The position numbers were made by a program, and so were the translations under genes. A stretch of 62,150 bases of DNA, the filler included, from Sphacelaria rigidula (Eukaryota): the NCBI GenBank assembly GCA_964200075.2. It is 9 parts of 9 records of this genome, joined end to end, with 100 filler letters (N's around TTAATTAATTAA, not from the genome) between each part and the next. Parts side by side here need not be neighbours in the genome. Positions count along the whole stretch, not along the records: positions 1 to 6,819 come from CAXNAA020017931.1; positions 6,920 to 13,737 come from CAXNAA020017932.1; 7 more parts are not named here. One strand, given 5' to 3'. The notes under the pieces are model-generated. The model saw only the letters and a list, made by a program, of their open reading frames with translations. It did no database searches and was not told the origin of the DNA. Shown in pieces: positions 1-12,240 of the stretch (position 1 is its first letter; the number at the start of each line of letters is the position of its first letter).

Positions 1-258
1 TATAGAGCATATTATACTCCGTTAGGGTACGGTAGAGAAGCCGCAGGTGAACATGCAGTGGGTATATAATGATACTACTTGTGAATATGTGACATGACGT
101 TTCTACAATTTTGGAACGCTTGTATCTTGTAGGAATCCGCAATGTGTGTGGACAAAAGTTTACAATTTTTGCTATTGGTGTGGTGTTAGTACTCACGGTA
201 GTCCCTCTGATGGACATGAGCACTTATAGTACTTTAGTGTGTGGGTGAGATGTGCTTA

Positions 259-1377
259 TACCCTGGACAATAGACTATGTAATAGAACATTGGCGCTGCA
301 ATAGCCCCGAAAATTTGTCTGTCAATGTTCATTGTCAGTCATGATCGATAGGCATCAAAGTCTATCGATAGCTTTTGTAGGCGACAATAGATTCGGGACA
401 AGGGACAGAAGGTATCATTGCCGTGACAATGGAGGGGCCAAGTTGTCTATCGATACTTGTTATTTGTTGCAATAGGCTTTGAGTTGCGGCCACCAATGTA
501 TATTGCTCGTCACAATAGGATCTGCCACGCGGCCAGCAACACATATTGTTGGTCACAATAGGATATCAATTGAGCCCACCAATGTCTATTGAGGGTCACA
601 ATGTAATCTGAATCTCGGCCACCAATGTCTCCGCTGGTCACAATGTAATCTGAATCGCGGCCACTAAAGAAGCTGAATGGCGTCGATCACTAGCTCCATG
701 TATGCACATATGTCGCTGTATGTTTCCACCTTATTCCAACGAAGCTATGGCCAGCTATCGCCTCAGGTCGTTGCGTATTCATGTGTAAGGGGTATTGCCA
801 TTGATGTCATGAGACCACTGCAGCGAGCAACCTTTTTTTCATATCCTATCGTTGGCGTCACTGGCTATCTATAGGCGCTTCCGAGAACAATCGATTGTTG
901 ACGGCAATGCCCATATTGGTAGATACCAAAGAATGAATTGTTGGCGGCAGAGGGTACCGATAGACGGCTAACCAAATCTATTGACGGCGGTAATAGGTAT
1001 TGATAGATGGCCCACCTAATTTACAAGGGCGGCAATGACTATCGATGGATGGCTCACCAAACCTATTGATAGCGGCAATGACTATCGATGGATATCTCAC
1101 CAAATGTATTGATTACGGCAATGGATATCGATATATACAACCCAGAATGTATTGCGGTATACGATGTCCATCGATGGCGAGTGATACACATCTATTGTCA
1201 TTGCCATAAGCTATCGATCGGCTATTGCAACATCTATTGTCCCTTGCAATACATATCAATATATATATATATATATATGTTTCACCATCTATCGTGTTCG
1301 ATAAAACATGTCGATAGATTTTTCCCCGTGTCTATTGCTGAAGCAATTGACTATTATTGTGTCCATTGTCCAGAGTG
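259..1377. mobile_element. Non-autonomous DNA transposon / MITE-like element with imperfect terminal inverted repeats
   Basis: Left end TACCCTGGACAATAGAC..TAATAG..GCAATAG matches the reverse complement of the right end CACTCTGGACAATGGAC..TAATAG..GCAATAG. The interior is rich in repeated CTATCGAT/ATCGATAG/CTATTG motifs, has a tandem duplication near 597-665 and has no credible ORF. Confidence 0.6.
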
Positions 1378-2357
1378 TGAACTATACCCGGTATGTGGGT
1401 AGAGTTTGGAGATCAGACCATCGCAACACAACCTTCGGGAGAGCAAATACCCGGGGATTAACTCCAACCACCACACCTTTGTAAAATTCCCACAACAAGC
1501 GTCTGTCGAAGAAATCACGTTTTCTTACAACATTGGCGACACGATGACACAACTCTGTACGCTTCATGGGTAGAAAGTCCCGGGTTCGGATCCCGGCTCC
1601 CACGAAGGCGACACGAGAAAAAAGAAAAGAAACACTCCCCCCAAGTTAATCGGGCAGAAAAAAGGCGTGAAAGTGGTGTGGAGGATCAGCTGAACACTGG
1701 TGGGTGAACGGCAAGCAGTGTTCACAAAACCGCGGGAATGTCTGCTCAGAATATTATTTGCTTGGTAACTCAACACACACACAAGACACTGTGAAGGGAA
1801 AAGGCGCATACATGTACTCAACGCTGGCCGGCGAAATGTTACCTCTACACATCTAAATTTGTCAAAAAACGTACGAAGAGGCTCGTGGAGGGGTGGGGGT
1901 GATGTGGATATTGCTACATAGAGGAAAACAAACGCTGCAAGTGTCCGTCGGGGAAATCACCTCTTCACACATGTGCGATACAGCGTCGGCCCGCTTGATT
2001 GATGCAGAAACTTGCCGCTGAGCTTCAACCCCTTCATTTTTTGCGGATGTCCAGCTGGGTTTTACTGTCGTGTTTTCTGATTGAGAGAGGGGTTGTACAA
2101 GCCGTGCCGTGCCTCCAGCCTGGTTTCTCGGTTTTTGTATCCCTTGTGAGGTAGGAGTACCTCGCGTCTTGTCTAGCGGGCCGACGGTGCGTATTCCTCG
2201 GAGTCTCACTTGGCTATCCCTCGGCATCTGGCACATTTTGAACCCCGGTGCTTGCAAGATTACTTCATTTTCTCCACAGTCTCAAAAACCGTACTCTCAA
2301 CGTCTCACGGACTCCTTTTTTTCAGTGGATCAAGTGTGTACACGTACAGTATCTTAC

Positions 2358-2740
2358 CAAGTGTGCGATCCTGTATGTCAGGACGCGAGTCTTGCCCGAA
2401 CCGGGCCCAGCCACAACCCTCACAGGTCCCACCTCCGCCCACACCGCCTCGCGTTGTGAGTCGTTAAGCCCATCGTCGCCACCATCCCTACCACCAACTT
2501 CCCGAGTTGCCACGCCCTCACCATTTTCTGCTGTTCGACAAACCACCCCAACCGCTGCACCGCGACTCTTCGGGCGGGCAAGGCCGTGCGGCCACGAACC
2601 TTTTCGCTCCGAGCTAGAGTCGCCATTGCCTGTGAAGGCTGGGCGGGATGTTGTGAAGCGCCGTCGAGTAGGGTCACACGCTATGACGACAGGCGCGGTA
2701 CTCCATGGCAGCTCACGGTGATGCCGGTGTCTTCGCTCCG
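2358..2740 (-). CDS. Exon of a UvrD/PcrA/Rep (superfamily 1) DNA helicase, N-terminal Q-motif and Walker A; 5' boundary uncertain
   Basis: Translation [38 protein letters not shown] matches the canonical UvrD N-terminus (LN..Q..AV....GP..V.AG.GSGKT.VL..RIA.L). It ends at a TTG|GTAAGA donor (intron begins at 2357). I did not identify downstream exons in this contig. Confidence 0.85.
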
Positions 2741-2764
2741 TAGCTATCGTCCACCTTTTGCGAA

Positions 2765-3260
2765 TAGGGGGGGGGTGGATTGGTCTCATGATTCTGCATG
2801 CTGTAGTCATATGACCAATGGTCTCGCATTCCAACAAAGCCGGGACGGAGCACGCCGGATTTTTGCTGCACAAGGCTCACCATAACCAAGCGCGAAGCGC
2901 CGTGATGTGTTCGACAAGTTGCATCAAAGTTGAGCTGCATCCTGCCAAGATTGTTCGATCCAAAGCGTACTGGTTATCTTGCATATGGATGACAGCTTCG
3001 AATGAGGTGCTTCATTTTCCGGTATCGCCATTTTCAGAGACAACCATGGGTTACACATTGCCTCATGGGTGTCTTACCATACAAACGCTACGTAGTACGA
3101 TCATCCCTTCTGCGCGGAGTTGAGGTTCTCCACCCCGCACAATATGATCTAGGTTGACAACCACTATGGTGACCGCAAAGAAGAAAGAGTGATTGCCTAT
3201 CTTACGCAGTGAGTGGCTTGTTTTACAGGTTCGTTGCCAACCGACACCAACCCTTAAATG
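2765..3260. repeat. High-copy dispersed repeat family A. Other copies at 27672-27790, 34255-34487, 34588-34700, 48420-48480 and 55336-55415
   Basis: Blocks such as CCGGCGTGCTCCGTCCCGGCTTTG, TATCGCCACTTCCAGAGACAGCCACGGC and CTTACGCAGTGAGTGGC...GCCAACCGAC recur, with substitutions, on five contigs. Most copies sit at contig ends, consistent with assembly breaks in the repeat. Confidence 0.8.
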
Positions 3261-4469
3261 CAGGTGTACTCAATTGATGCTCACCGCAGTTATTTGACGA
3301 TTGCCCATTTTGAGGGTCGGGGATGGCGAGGCGTGTACCAACACACCACGCAGACGTGTCAATATGGTTCTCATCCATCCTCAACCAGGTGAAGTTTGAA
3401 AGAGTGCTTGAACCCGGAGACTTGAAGAGACATATATTAAGCTACACCCGTACATGAGTGGGGATCAGGCTGACGTGCGGATGTCGACAGCCATGTGCAT
3501 ATTAACGTAAACGTGTAGGGTGGTCGCAAAAAATGCTCACTACCACCCTTCCTCGTTGGTGTTCAGCTATCCATTCCTGAGTCTCAGCTATACTTGGGCA
3601 CTCTGTGATCAGACAACATGAAACCATTTATTCCATGCCGAAGGCCAACCAGTCCACTGGTGTTTCAAGCGGTTGGACTAAGATGGCAGGACCACGTGGC
3701 AAGCGTGCTATTGAAAACAAGGAGGAAGACGCCAACAAGCAATCAGAGAGTGTAGCTAGTCAGTTTGGTTCTTTGTCCGAAGTGATACAACAAGCCGTCG
3801 TAACAGTCTGTGTTGCAACGTCAAGTGAGTGGTATTCCAGGGACACACGAGCCCAGGGGCATATAGGCGAACGACATCCTCGATAGTGATGCCTCTCCTG
3901 GTTAAGGGACGGCAGTCAGAACAATATAATCGCAGCAGCAAGTCAATAGCGCAGAACTGTACACCATAGCCAGGCAGCAAGCCGCCGTGGCTGTCGCCAC
4001 GCAAAGACAGTAGGCGTGGGCGAGGAGGAAGCCCCATCTGAAGGCGACCGCGGGGCAGGAGACGATGGAGCAAGGAAGGGGCTTGGACCCCGAACGTGAG
4101 TCAGTCACTGCTTGCGGATTTAGTGGACATGGTGTTATTGGTGCACCTTTTTCCCAGGCAAAAGAGCCACGTTTCCGGAAAGAGCTCAGAGTTCACGCAC
4201 TACAGGTACGACTTCATGATTTCACCGAAAAGTGAGGGAATTGACTGCGCTTTTATCACGTCAAGCGTCAGTTCGTGTGACGTGGAAGCCAGTAGTACGG
4301 AAGTGCCATTGCGTCTTGTTCAGGCAAGGCGTGAGAGCCATGTATTGGCTGCACACGGGAGGGCAAGACAGATGCTGGCTACAAGTCTTGAGAACAAGAA
4401 GTGTAAGGACATTATGTTCAGACTCGCTTCCCCCTAGTGCAGTTGGGCGTAACCCGCTGAAAATCAATA

Positions 4470-6720
4470 TGTTTCGAAACCAATGGGCTAGACTGGCCCC
4501 GATAAACAAGTTTGACAGTTTCAAGGTTAGAGATTACGATGGTCGACGCAGAAATTCGTAGAAATGGAAGTAGGAAGGGCACTCCACTTCTACGAAGATT
4601 CTGATCACCCCCAATGATTTCACGTCCTATTGAAATTCGTGAACACTCTCCCTCCCCCAAGTACGACGTCCAGAAGCAGCTGCTGGAGGATCGTGAGGAC
4701 CTCCTTTCACGAGAAATCGTGTTGGTCTCGCTCCGCAAGCGTTTCGAATCGAATACCATCGAGAAGGTACTCGATCAGGGGAGGATCTTACCCTCGGATG
4801 ACCAACCCCTTGTCACCAAAGGTCCGCCAGGCAAACCGAACGGCCCGCGCCGCAGGGGGGAACCGCTGAGCGCCCAGGGATGAGGCCGCCGCAGCGGCGG
4901 GAGCCAGGGCTCGAGCAGTTCAGGATCCTCATCTTCGACGGACGGTAGTCAAACCGGCCGTTCAGGGTCATCATCTGAGAACAGTCAAGCGGCGGCTGTG
5001 CTGCTTTTGCGTTGTCATATTTGCAAGCAAAGCACGACGCATCGGGCAAGAACTTGCTCTCACGGGCTAGGTGCGAAGTACGGCGAAAAGGGGCACAGGA
5101 TGATACAGTGCCCGAGATCGCGGGCGGCTGGTGAAGATATGGTGAGGGTGTCAGGCGCGGTCAAAGACGTCGGTGACATCCCCGTGTAGTGAGACGCGGA
5201 AGGACGGGCGTTCACCAGCAAGGACGGGCGTTCACCAGCGTGGACACGACCACCGACGATAACGCAGGCGAGTGTGTGCTTTCTGTCGGGCAGGGGGGTG
5301 TAGAGCAGCAAGGTGGGGCGAACAGTGGGGGTTTGAGACGGGAGCGACCCAGCATTGTTCGCCTGATTCCAGTAAGATGACAGGTTACCGACAGTGTGGG
5401 GAAAGGGTACTACCGTGTGCGTGTCGTAGCACTTACCCGATCGTTGGGGGAGGTAAATTGAGCCTGGTCTTTCATCAGACGAGCAACCTTGTGGTTTGTG
5501 TGAAGATGCAGACCGCTTACCAGGTGTTACATCACCAGCTACGATCGCTGATGCGGATCTCAAACGTAGATCACACCTACACTGGTTACCGTGGAAGATC
5601 TAGGGCGGACCTCATGTCAGGCAACACACTGACTGTACCCGCCCGAAACGACTCCTGGAACTGTACACCCACCGCTTTGGCCCGACTAGTAATGACGGGT
5701 GCGAATCTGCATATACTATGATCGCCCGAGGGTGGGCACCTAGCCCCCAAGTCGTTTACATAAACGAGTTATATTACTCCCATGCACACTACACGAGAAC
5801 CTCATGCGCAAGACCGCCAAGCTGATCGGAGTGGAGCTGCGGGGCGAGCTGAAACCGTGCCGTGGGTGCTCGAAGGCCAAAGGACTCCGGCGGTCCATTC
5901 CAAGATTGACACGCACACGGGCAGCTAAGCCAGCGTCCAGAGTGCTCGTAGACCTTACGGGTCGAAGGGAATTAGATCTCGGGGAGGGGAGTGGCACATG
6001 GTATTTCGTGATTACTCTCGGTATCCTGGGGTTTATCTTCCGTTTGGAGCAGAGGCTGAAGAGTACTTCACCGAGTATCCCGTATAAATTGCTCCTCGCA
6101 ATGTGGAGGTGGTTCGCCGTGTTGGCGGGGGTGCATTGTCCGAGGACGCGTTTGCTGATCTGCGTGACGGAGAGAAAATCAAGCAGGAGAAAACAACTTC
6201 AGACTGCCCGGAGGTTAACGGTGTTACGCAACGAGCGATAGGTATCATCGACACGACGGGCCTTGCGGCCAAACTTTAGGCATCCGAAATGTACCCGAAT
6301 GAGAATATCCCTGCTGGGCACAATCTGTGGGCCGCTACTTCAAGTCACCCTGGCAACAAGTCATCGCATGAGATGTGGCCAGGGTCGCCACAGGACAGTA
6401 GCCTGATACAGTTCCGGAAACATGTATTTGGTAGAGTATTGAAGACCAATAAGCAACAACCGAAGGTACAGAAGTGCTGGTACCACAGCCCAGCTGCGGT
6501 GCCCGTGTGATACTATGCGGGTACTGACCATGTCAGGATCGATAACAATAGCGAGACACGGAACATGGGCACGTACCTCCGCTACCCCCTCCCCCACAAA
6601 CAAGCGATACTGACACCGGGTGAAGCGGAGGATTACAGCGTTGGTGGAGGGCCGGTCGACGGCAAGCCTGTGGAGGAAACCTCAGCGGTAGGCACTTTGC
6701 CTAGCGCTTCTCAAAGTGCC
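4470..6720 (+). mobile_element. Degenerate Ty1/copia LTR retrotransposon internal region (gag, zinc knuckle, protease, integrase) with frameshifts
   Basis: Gag-like SPKYDVQKQLLEDREDLLSREIVLVSLRKRFE; CCHC knuckle CHICKQSTTHRARTC at 5013; protease-like ETGATQH (cf. D[ST]GA[ST]xH); integrase zinc region HENLMRKTAKLIGVELRGELKPCRGCSKAKG followed by RVLVDLTG. Integrase directly after protease is the copia domain order. Confidence 0.85.
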
Positions 6721-6819
6721 CCGACCCCTCAATCCACTTTCGAGGGGGTGGGGGGGGGGGGGGGTTCCAAAGGTTTGTTTGCCTTAGGGGTTTGGCCATT
6801 GACACAGCCCCCCAGACGG

Positions 6820-6919
6820 NNNNNNNNNNNNNNNNNNNNNNNNNNNNNNNNNNNNNNNNNNNNTTAATTAATTAANNNNNNNNNNNNNNNNNNNNNNNNN
6901 NNNNNNNNNNNNNNNNNNN
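6820..6919. other. Artificial contig spacer (44 N + TTAATTAATTAA + 44 N). Identical spacers at 13738-13837, 20655-20754, 27572-27671, 34488-34587, 41404-41503, 48320-48419 and 55236-55335
   Basis: All eight spacers are exactly 100 bp with a six-frame stop linker. The intervening segments never increase in length (6819 down to 6815 bp), which indicates size-sorted concatenated contigs. Confidence 0.98.
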
Positions 6920-7199
6920 CCGGGGCCCATATTCTTGTCCGCCTAGAATCGTGAGGAGCCCCTGAACCAGACAAAATTTCGCGAAAAAAGTGCACCCCTA
7001 CCGTAGCATTGCTCCGTACTGCTATGCTTGCAGCCATGTGGGATCAAGCTGCGGATTTCCCTGCAAGAGTAACAATGACATCTGCTCACTTCCAAATCCG
7101 TTGGTGCTCTGCACAGGTGGTTGGTTGCCCACCACAGAGTAGCATTTGGCAAAGCAACGAACAGCTAACTCAAACACATGGCTACATTTCTTGAGCCAG

Positions 7200-7318
7200 G
7201 GTATTGGACCAAGCCGGCCGAGGTGCGCGTCCTCAAGACCAAGCGTTTCAAGAAGGGGCAGCCAGTTCCGTGGAGATTTAAGCCAGGAACCACTGCGACG
7301 ATAACGTGGATCGAAGTG
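7200..7318 (+). CDS. RsuA/RluB/RluE-family pseudouridine synthase, exon (GYWTKPAEVRVLK...TWIEV)
   Basis: CTAAC branch point at 7165, CAG acceptor, GTGAGT donor at 7319. Joins in phase 0 to the next exon. Confidence 0.8.
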
Positions 7319-7654
7319 GTGAGTACCTTCGGTAGCGCAATGGTCCAAAAGTTTCAAGCCTGACTACAGCCTTTTTCAACAACCTGCTGCTGGTACAGTA
7401 TCCAAGGTGCACAGGGGGAGACGCTGTGACTTGGATGCAACTGTTGGGGAGTCAAGCACGGGCCTCTTGTTCAATGTCGCCCTTCGCTTCGTTGATTCAG
7501 TGATCATGATCCGAGGGTGCTGTGGTTCATCCTGGAAGATACGCTCGTACTCTACTCAGTGTCGAGAGCTCGTGTGACTGTGTGATGCTTCTTCATAGTT
7601 GAAATGGTCACTTCTGCATGGAATTGTCTGTTGACTTTGCTCGTGGTTGTACAG

Positions 7655-7707
7655 GTTCTACGCGAAGGAAAGAATCGCCAGATCAGACGTCTCTGTCGAC
7701 GAAGCGA
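7655..7707 (+). CDS. Pseudouridine synthase exon VLREGKNRQIRRLCRRS (absent from the ORF track)
   Basis: ACAG acceptor and GTGAGT donor. Encodes the diagnostic EG[RK]NRQ[IV]RR motif of the RsuA/RluE family. The phase-2 end matches the next exon. Confidence 0.9.
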
Positions 7708-8039
7708 GTGAGTGAAAAGTAACCCCATACTGTACTTTTCAAGCGCTAGCACTGTTAATAGCGCTAGAATTGAGCGTATTCAGCGACGGCGGTGTAGAGT
7801 ACTTGCTTGATGCGTTTACGTGTTGTGCCTCGCGAGATGCACCTACAGCTTTTTTTCTTATATTGTGGTGTTGGTGCAGTTCCTCCACACGAGAGTAATA
7901 TTTTTCGACGTTGGATGAAGCTTTTGCTGATTCATGTTCCACATTTGACCATCATAACCGCGGTGTACTCGTGCTGCTATATGTATGACTATGCATCGTC
8001 GTTCTTGTGCATGGTCCTGCTTCGCCGTTCTCGTGACAG

Positions 8040-8586
8040 CTTTGAGCTGACGAGATTGCACCGAGTGTCGGTGGGACCCATCCTGCTGCACGACCTGAAG
8101 GAAGGTAGCAGCCGCGAGTTAACCAGAAGGGAGGTGGAAGCATTGTATAAGCGATGTCTCCCGTTGGACCCAATATGCCCCACCATTCACCAAGTTCGGC
8201 ATACCTTGAGATACTGTATTTTGCAGGCCACGCTGCGAATAGGTGCCAGCGGCTCGTCCACACAACCCCCTTCGGCAAGGCTATGTAACGGAGAAAAGAC
8301 GTGTGCGGACGCGGGGAAGTCAACGCCAATGTCAACATGCGGTCCGTCATCGAGGTTAGCTGCTAGTCCAGGAATGGTAACGCGGCTTGGATGTGTCGTG
8401 CGAAATATCCTAGACTTCGCGAGACGTGACGTTCATGAGACTCTCGAGGGCCCAGACGAAGACTGTGATGCACCGGAGTTTTGCCCCGGCGGCGAGGAGG
8501 AGTCTCTCCGGCGCGCCCGTGCCGTTCCCCCAAACGAAAGCCACATGTCGTGTGGTTATCGTAACAGCCAAACTGAGCGAGGATGA
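8040..8586 (+). CDS. Pseudouridine synthase C-terminal exon (FELTRLHRVSVGPILLHDLKEGSSRELTRREVEALY...); 3' boundary uncertain beyond about 8190
   Basis: The GACAG acceptor completes a GA|C Asp codon. RL.RV..GPI.L.DL..G..R.LT..EV..L is the conserved RsuA-family C-terminus. The frame is open to 8586. Confidence 0.75.
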
Positions 8587-9515
8587 TGGCGGTTTTGCGA
8601 CGGTCAAGTGTGTGCGGCTGTCGGCAGCTCCACATATTGCTTTTCTTTGATCATGGACCGGAGGTGGCAGCGTTGCTGCTTTGGATTTTCTCATTTGGGC
8701 GGCATCTTGCGAGGGGAAAGTAGTGTTCGATTACGTTTCCGTATTGCAAGTGGGTTGAAATACAGTACGAGGATTTACGCTGTTGACGGGTCCAAGAAAC
8801 ACGCAATTTTTTTGTCGCTAGTATGTGTCACATATTTAACTATTTGGGGTATGAAGCTCTCATCTATGAACCGTACGGGAGCGAAGCATCACACTTCCAC
8901 TTGAAGACATCTATGTAAACGGGGACACACCACACTTGATAGTCAATTTACAGGTCATCACTTTACGTCAGAGTACTGCTGTCGGGAGCCGCACAAGTTA
9001 AGCCTGAGCGACAGCTGAGAAACTGGCGATTGAGCAAAATGGAAGTCATCCTAGGGTGCCGTTGCGTAGGCGCGAATTTACTGTCGATCTTTAGTGTCTA
9101 TATGCGTTTCAATCAGGAGATGCCTCTTCAACTTGTAGCTGAAAATCTTCACTTGGTTTGGTGTGGAGGAAGGGGTGCGTCAACATCACGCTCGCCGCGC
9201 CGCTTTCGGGTGATACCAACGCGCGCTGAGGGCACCCTCGTTGACGGACCCTCCTGACACGGGTGTTTTCAGCCTACCTTCGCTGTGGGCTAGTTAGTAT
9301 AGGGTTACGGTAATGGCTTCGCGCAAACAACAGTCACTGGCGTCCGCACTTTGGCAGGAGGTTGGAGAAAACCCACCATCTTGCAAGCGCTTTGACAGGA
9401 CTTGCCCAGGAACGTGGAACCTGCTATACTCATCGACAGCAAACAACAAACGGAAATGCACAAATAGTACAGACACCAAGCGTGCAAAGTTGCATATTGT
9501 TTTTCAAGTGGTATT

Positions 9516-9818
9516 CTATCGAACCGCAGGACTATTGGATCTTCTGCTTGCATCTGCAGCAGAATCCGTCATTGCTTTCAACATATGCCTGGCCTCTCGT
9601 TCTGCACCATCGCTATCGCACAAGCATCGAATTGCAGCTACACCATCACCTCCGGCGGCCATCACTTTGCCACAGTTCCTGCCATCTACCCCCCCCACAC
9701 CTATCACCAACACTGCGCCCAGGCCCTCTGCGTTCAAGCATTGGCGCACCTCGGCCAAAAGAGAGACTCCTTCAGGCTCCTTCCCCGGATGGGACTGAGT
9801 TGCGAACATGGTGCCTAC
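9516..9818 (-). CDS. Thiamine-phosphate synthase (ThiE/TenI fold) protein, terminal exon
   Basis: CTGAC branch point and GGCAG acceptor. Translation VGTMFATQSHPGKEPEG...VIGVGGVDGRNCGKVMAAGGDGVAAIR is the ThiE C-terminal half. Stop codon ends at 9516. Confidence 0.88.
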   Translation of the reverse strand, partial: VGTMFATQSHPGKEPEGVSLLAEVRQCLNAEGLGAVLVIGVGGVDGRNCGKVMAAGGDGVAAIRCLCDSDGAEREARHMLKAMTDSAADASRRSNSPAVR

Positions 9819-11254
9819 CTGCCGTCAGTAGGAGATAGACACATCGGCATGGAACTGTAAACACCAAGAAATATGTCATTCATGATATGATGACGCCGCC
9901 TTCTCACAGCTGCAGGCTTCATTTTATGCTTTTGTGGCAACTTGGCATAACGAAGTCGTGCTCATTTTTCTAGTATTCGACATGAGGGAAGGTGGCACGT
10001 AGTATTTTTTCATCAGCCGGCAGTACAGTTTTTTTTACTGGCTGTTATCCCGTGATCGACGGCTGACGTCACCCAAGACTCTTTGGATCGGAGGGACTTC
10101 TTGGACAAGGATGACATCACGCGGTGGATTTTGCTCCTCTGCTCAAACTTTTTGGGACACTCTCGCTGCCTCCGTGCCAAATCGATGTTCCGTCTACAAA
10201 ACCCCCGGAAATCTGAAAGTCACAGCGTACATAATCGAACGGTCTGGCGTGGTTTTCGGGTTGGTTGAAAAGAATGGTCACCAACCTCGTTACTCGACTC
10301 TTCGGGTCGTGTCTTTTCGGGACAGTGACAAACGGGTTGCAAACTGAGTTGGCAAACATATCTGTGCCCGCGCCGACTTCTTTCAGTCTTATCGAGCACA
10401 TTTTCTGGTCTAGACGCAAGCCAAACCTGCACAAGGTTAAAAGAATGCGGCGGTTCTAGCAGTGGCGGTTGGTCCAGCTTCTCTGTGCTGGAAGAGGAAA
10501 GACGCGAGCCGCGATAAAACACACGCAGGCACCTACCGCCCACGCGCACCAGGTTCACCTCTAGCCCTTGCTCATTTATACCCAGCAGTCGTTATTCTAC
10601 GGAAATCTATTCACCATTGGAAAAAGGGTGGCCACGTGCAAGTCAATTTCGAATGAAAACGTGCTGCTAGTGACCCGCATGTATGGTTGTTCCCGTTGGA
10701 TTCCGAACCGATTTGACCGAAGCCAAGCACAGCATGCTCTGCTGATCAGCAACTACGGCTTGAGCTATCTGTTTCTTGTTCGTGGGGGTATATGGGCTTT
10801 CGGTTAAATTTGTTGTTGTGTCAGGTTGTGTGTCGCACCTTCCCATGTGCCCCTGCCATTGCTACGCTTATGCCCCCCTTCGAGCAAAGATAGCCTTTTT
10901 GGTCTTCGGATGGTGCTGCACCGACGCCGCAAGGAATAAAAAAGAAATTTATTTTGTCAGGCATATTCTCGTACAAATCTTCAGAAAAGCTTTCTTCCTC
11001 CATAGGACCCCCACCTCTATAACTTGACCCCATTTTTCGCTACTCGTTTCTTCATAAATCCAGCCCGGTGATTCGATTCCAAGCGAGCCACGCGGGGAAA
11101 AGAAGCGTGAAACGCAGCTGAATGGTGCCTCGAGCACTCGGCCTGGTACCTGATTTTCGACAACAATTGTCGAAATTCCAGTTTTATCGGGGACACCCAC
11201 ACGCTAGCGTGCCCAACTCGCTGCTGGGTCCTACAAGACCAAGTGCTCACTCAC

Positions 11255-11847
11255 CTGCACATAGTCTGCCCCCAGCTTGGCAGCTGCCAGTGCCGCACCT
11301 ACCGAATGCACCGAACAACCCACAACAGTAGGCCACGCAGATTGTGCGTTGCTATGTCGAAGACCTGCGAGAAGACCAATCTCGCGCTCGGGTAGGTGTA
11401 CTCCATCGGCCCCGCAGTCGCGCACCCACGAACAGTCGCCGTCATTTAGGTTGACAACAAACCAAGCAGAAGAATCAGCTGTTACCTGGCATATGCGCCG
11501 AGCAAGATCAGCCTTGCTTTCTGTATTACCTTGGTAGTCTCGCAGCTGTACCAAAGAGACACCACCAGCCACGGCCCTCGACACGCTGCGGATCAGTTCC
11601 GCGCTGGCCGAAGAACATGAAGAGCCATCCGGGGTGATTTGCGCTATAACGGGTCGTTTGAGCAAAGCATCGACAGCATCATCCCTGTCACCGTTACCAT
11701 CATCGTGGTCGCCTCCAATACTATTGTCGTGATGCTGGCGACCTGGACGCGAAGGAGGTTGCCGTTGAAGTGAATTTCCAGCTAAGGGGCCTCCGAACAG
11801 CATTTTGCCCGGGCCCAACACGTTCGGTGCTGTTTCGTGGAGATATC
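11255..11847 (-). CDS. Thiamine-phosphate synthase (ThiE/TenI fold) protein, upstream exon (possible ATG at 11803)
   Basis: Motifs GGVSLVQLRD, FVVN, GADGVHLPE, GCSVHS and AAKLGADYVQ. The CAG|GTGAGT donor at 11254 splices in phase 0 to 9818, giving GADYVQ|VGTMF across a 1436-bp intron. Confidence 0.88.
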
Positions 11848-12240
11848 CTGCTGTTCGAACTAGCAAGTGCGCTGTGCACGCTCGCAACGAAAACTGCCAC
11901 AGCACGACAGCGTGTTTAGTATGCATGTAGCCAGTGCTTGCGCACAGGTGGTTTACGTTTGTTTCCAGTTGATGAGATATTTCCTCTGTGCAGTATGTGG
12001 TGCGTGAATCAAGTGGCGCAGCGAGACCGCCTTGCAAAAGAGCAAGATCGAGATGGGTGAGCGACTATCATGAGTACTGCTCCTCACACATGCTTAATTT
12101 GCGGAATAACTGACCCTCTTGCATTCCGACTACTTCGTCATATTCCACCGCACGGCGTTCATCGCAGACTTCAACCCACTTCGGCAAGGTCTGTGGGTTC
12201 TGCAGGGTGCTTGCACCCTCTCCTCTGCTCGAGATATTTT

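Noticed and set aside
1555..1605. tRNA gene (CCGGGTTCGGATCCCGG T-arm-like hairpin)
   Set aside because: Only a 3'-half-like fragment is present, with no matching acceptor stem or D-arm. At most it is a tRNA-derived repeat remnant.
8900..11254. TPP riboswitch in the intron or 3' region of the ThiE-like gene
   Set aside because: By eye I found no CUGAGA...ACCUGAU core on the minus strand. An Infernal search with the Rfam TPP model would be decisive.
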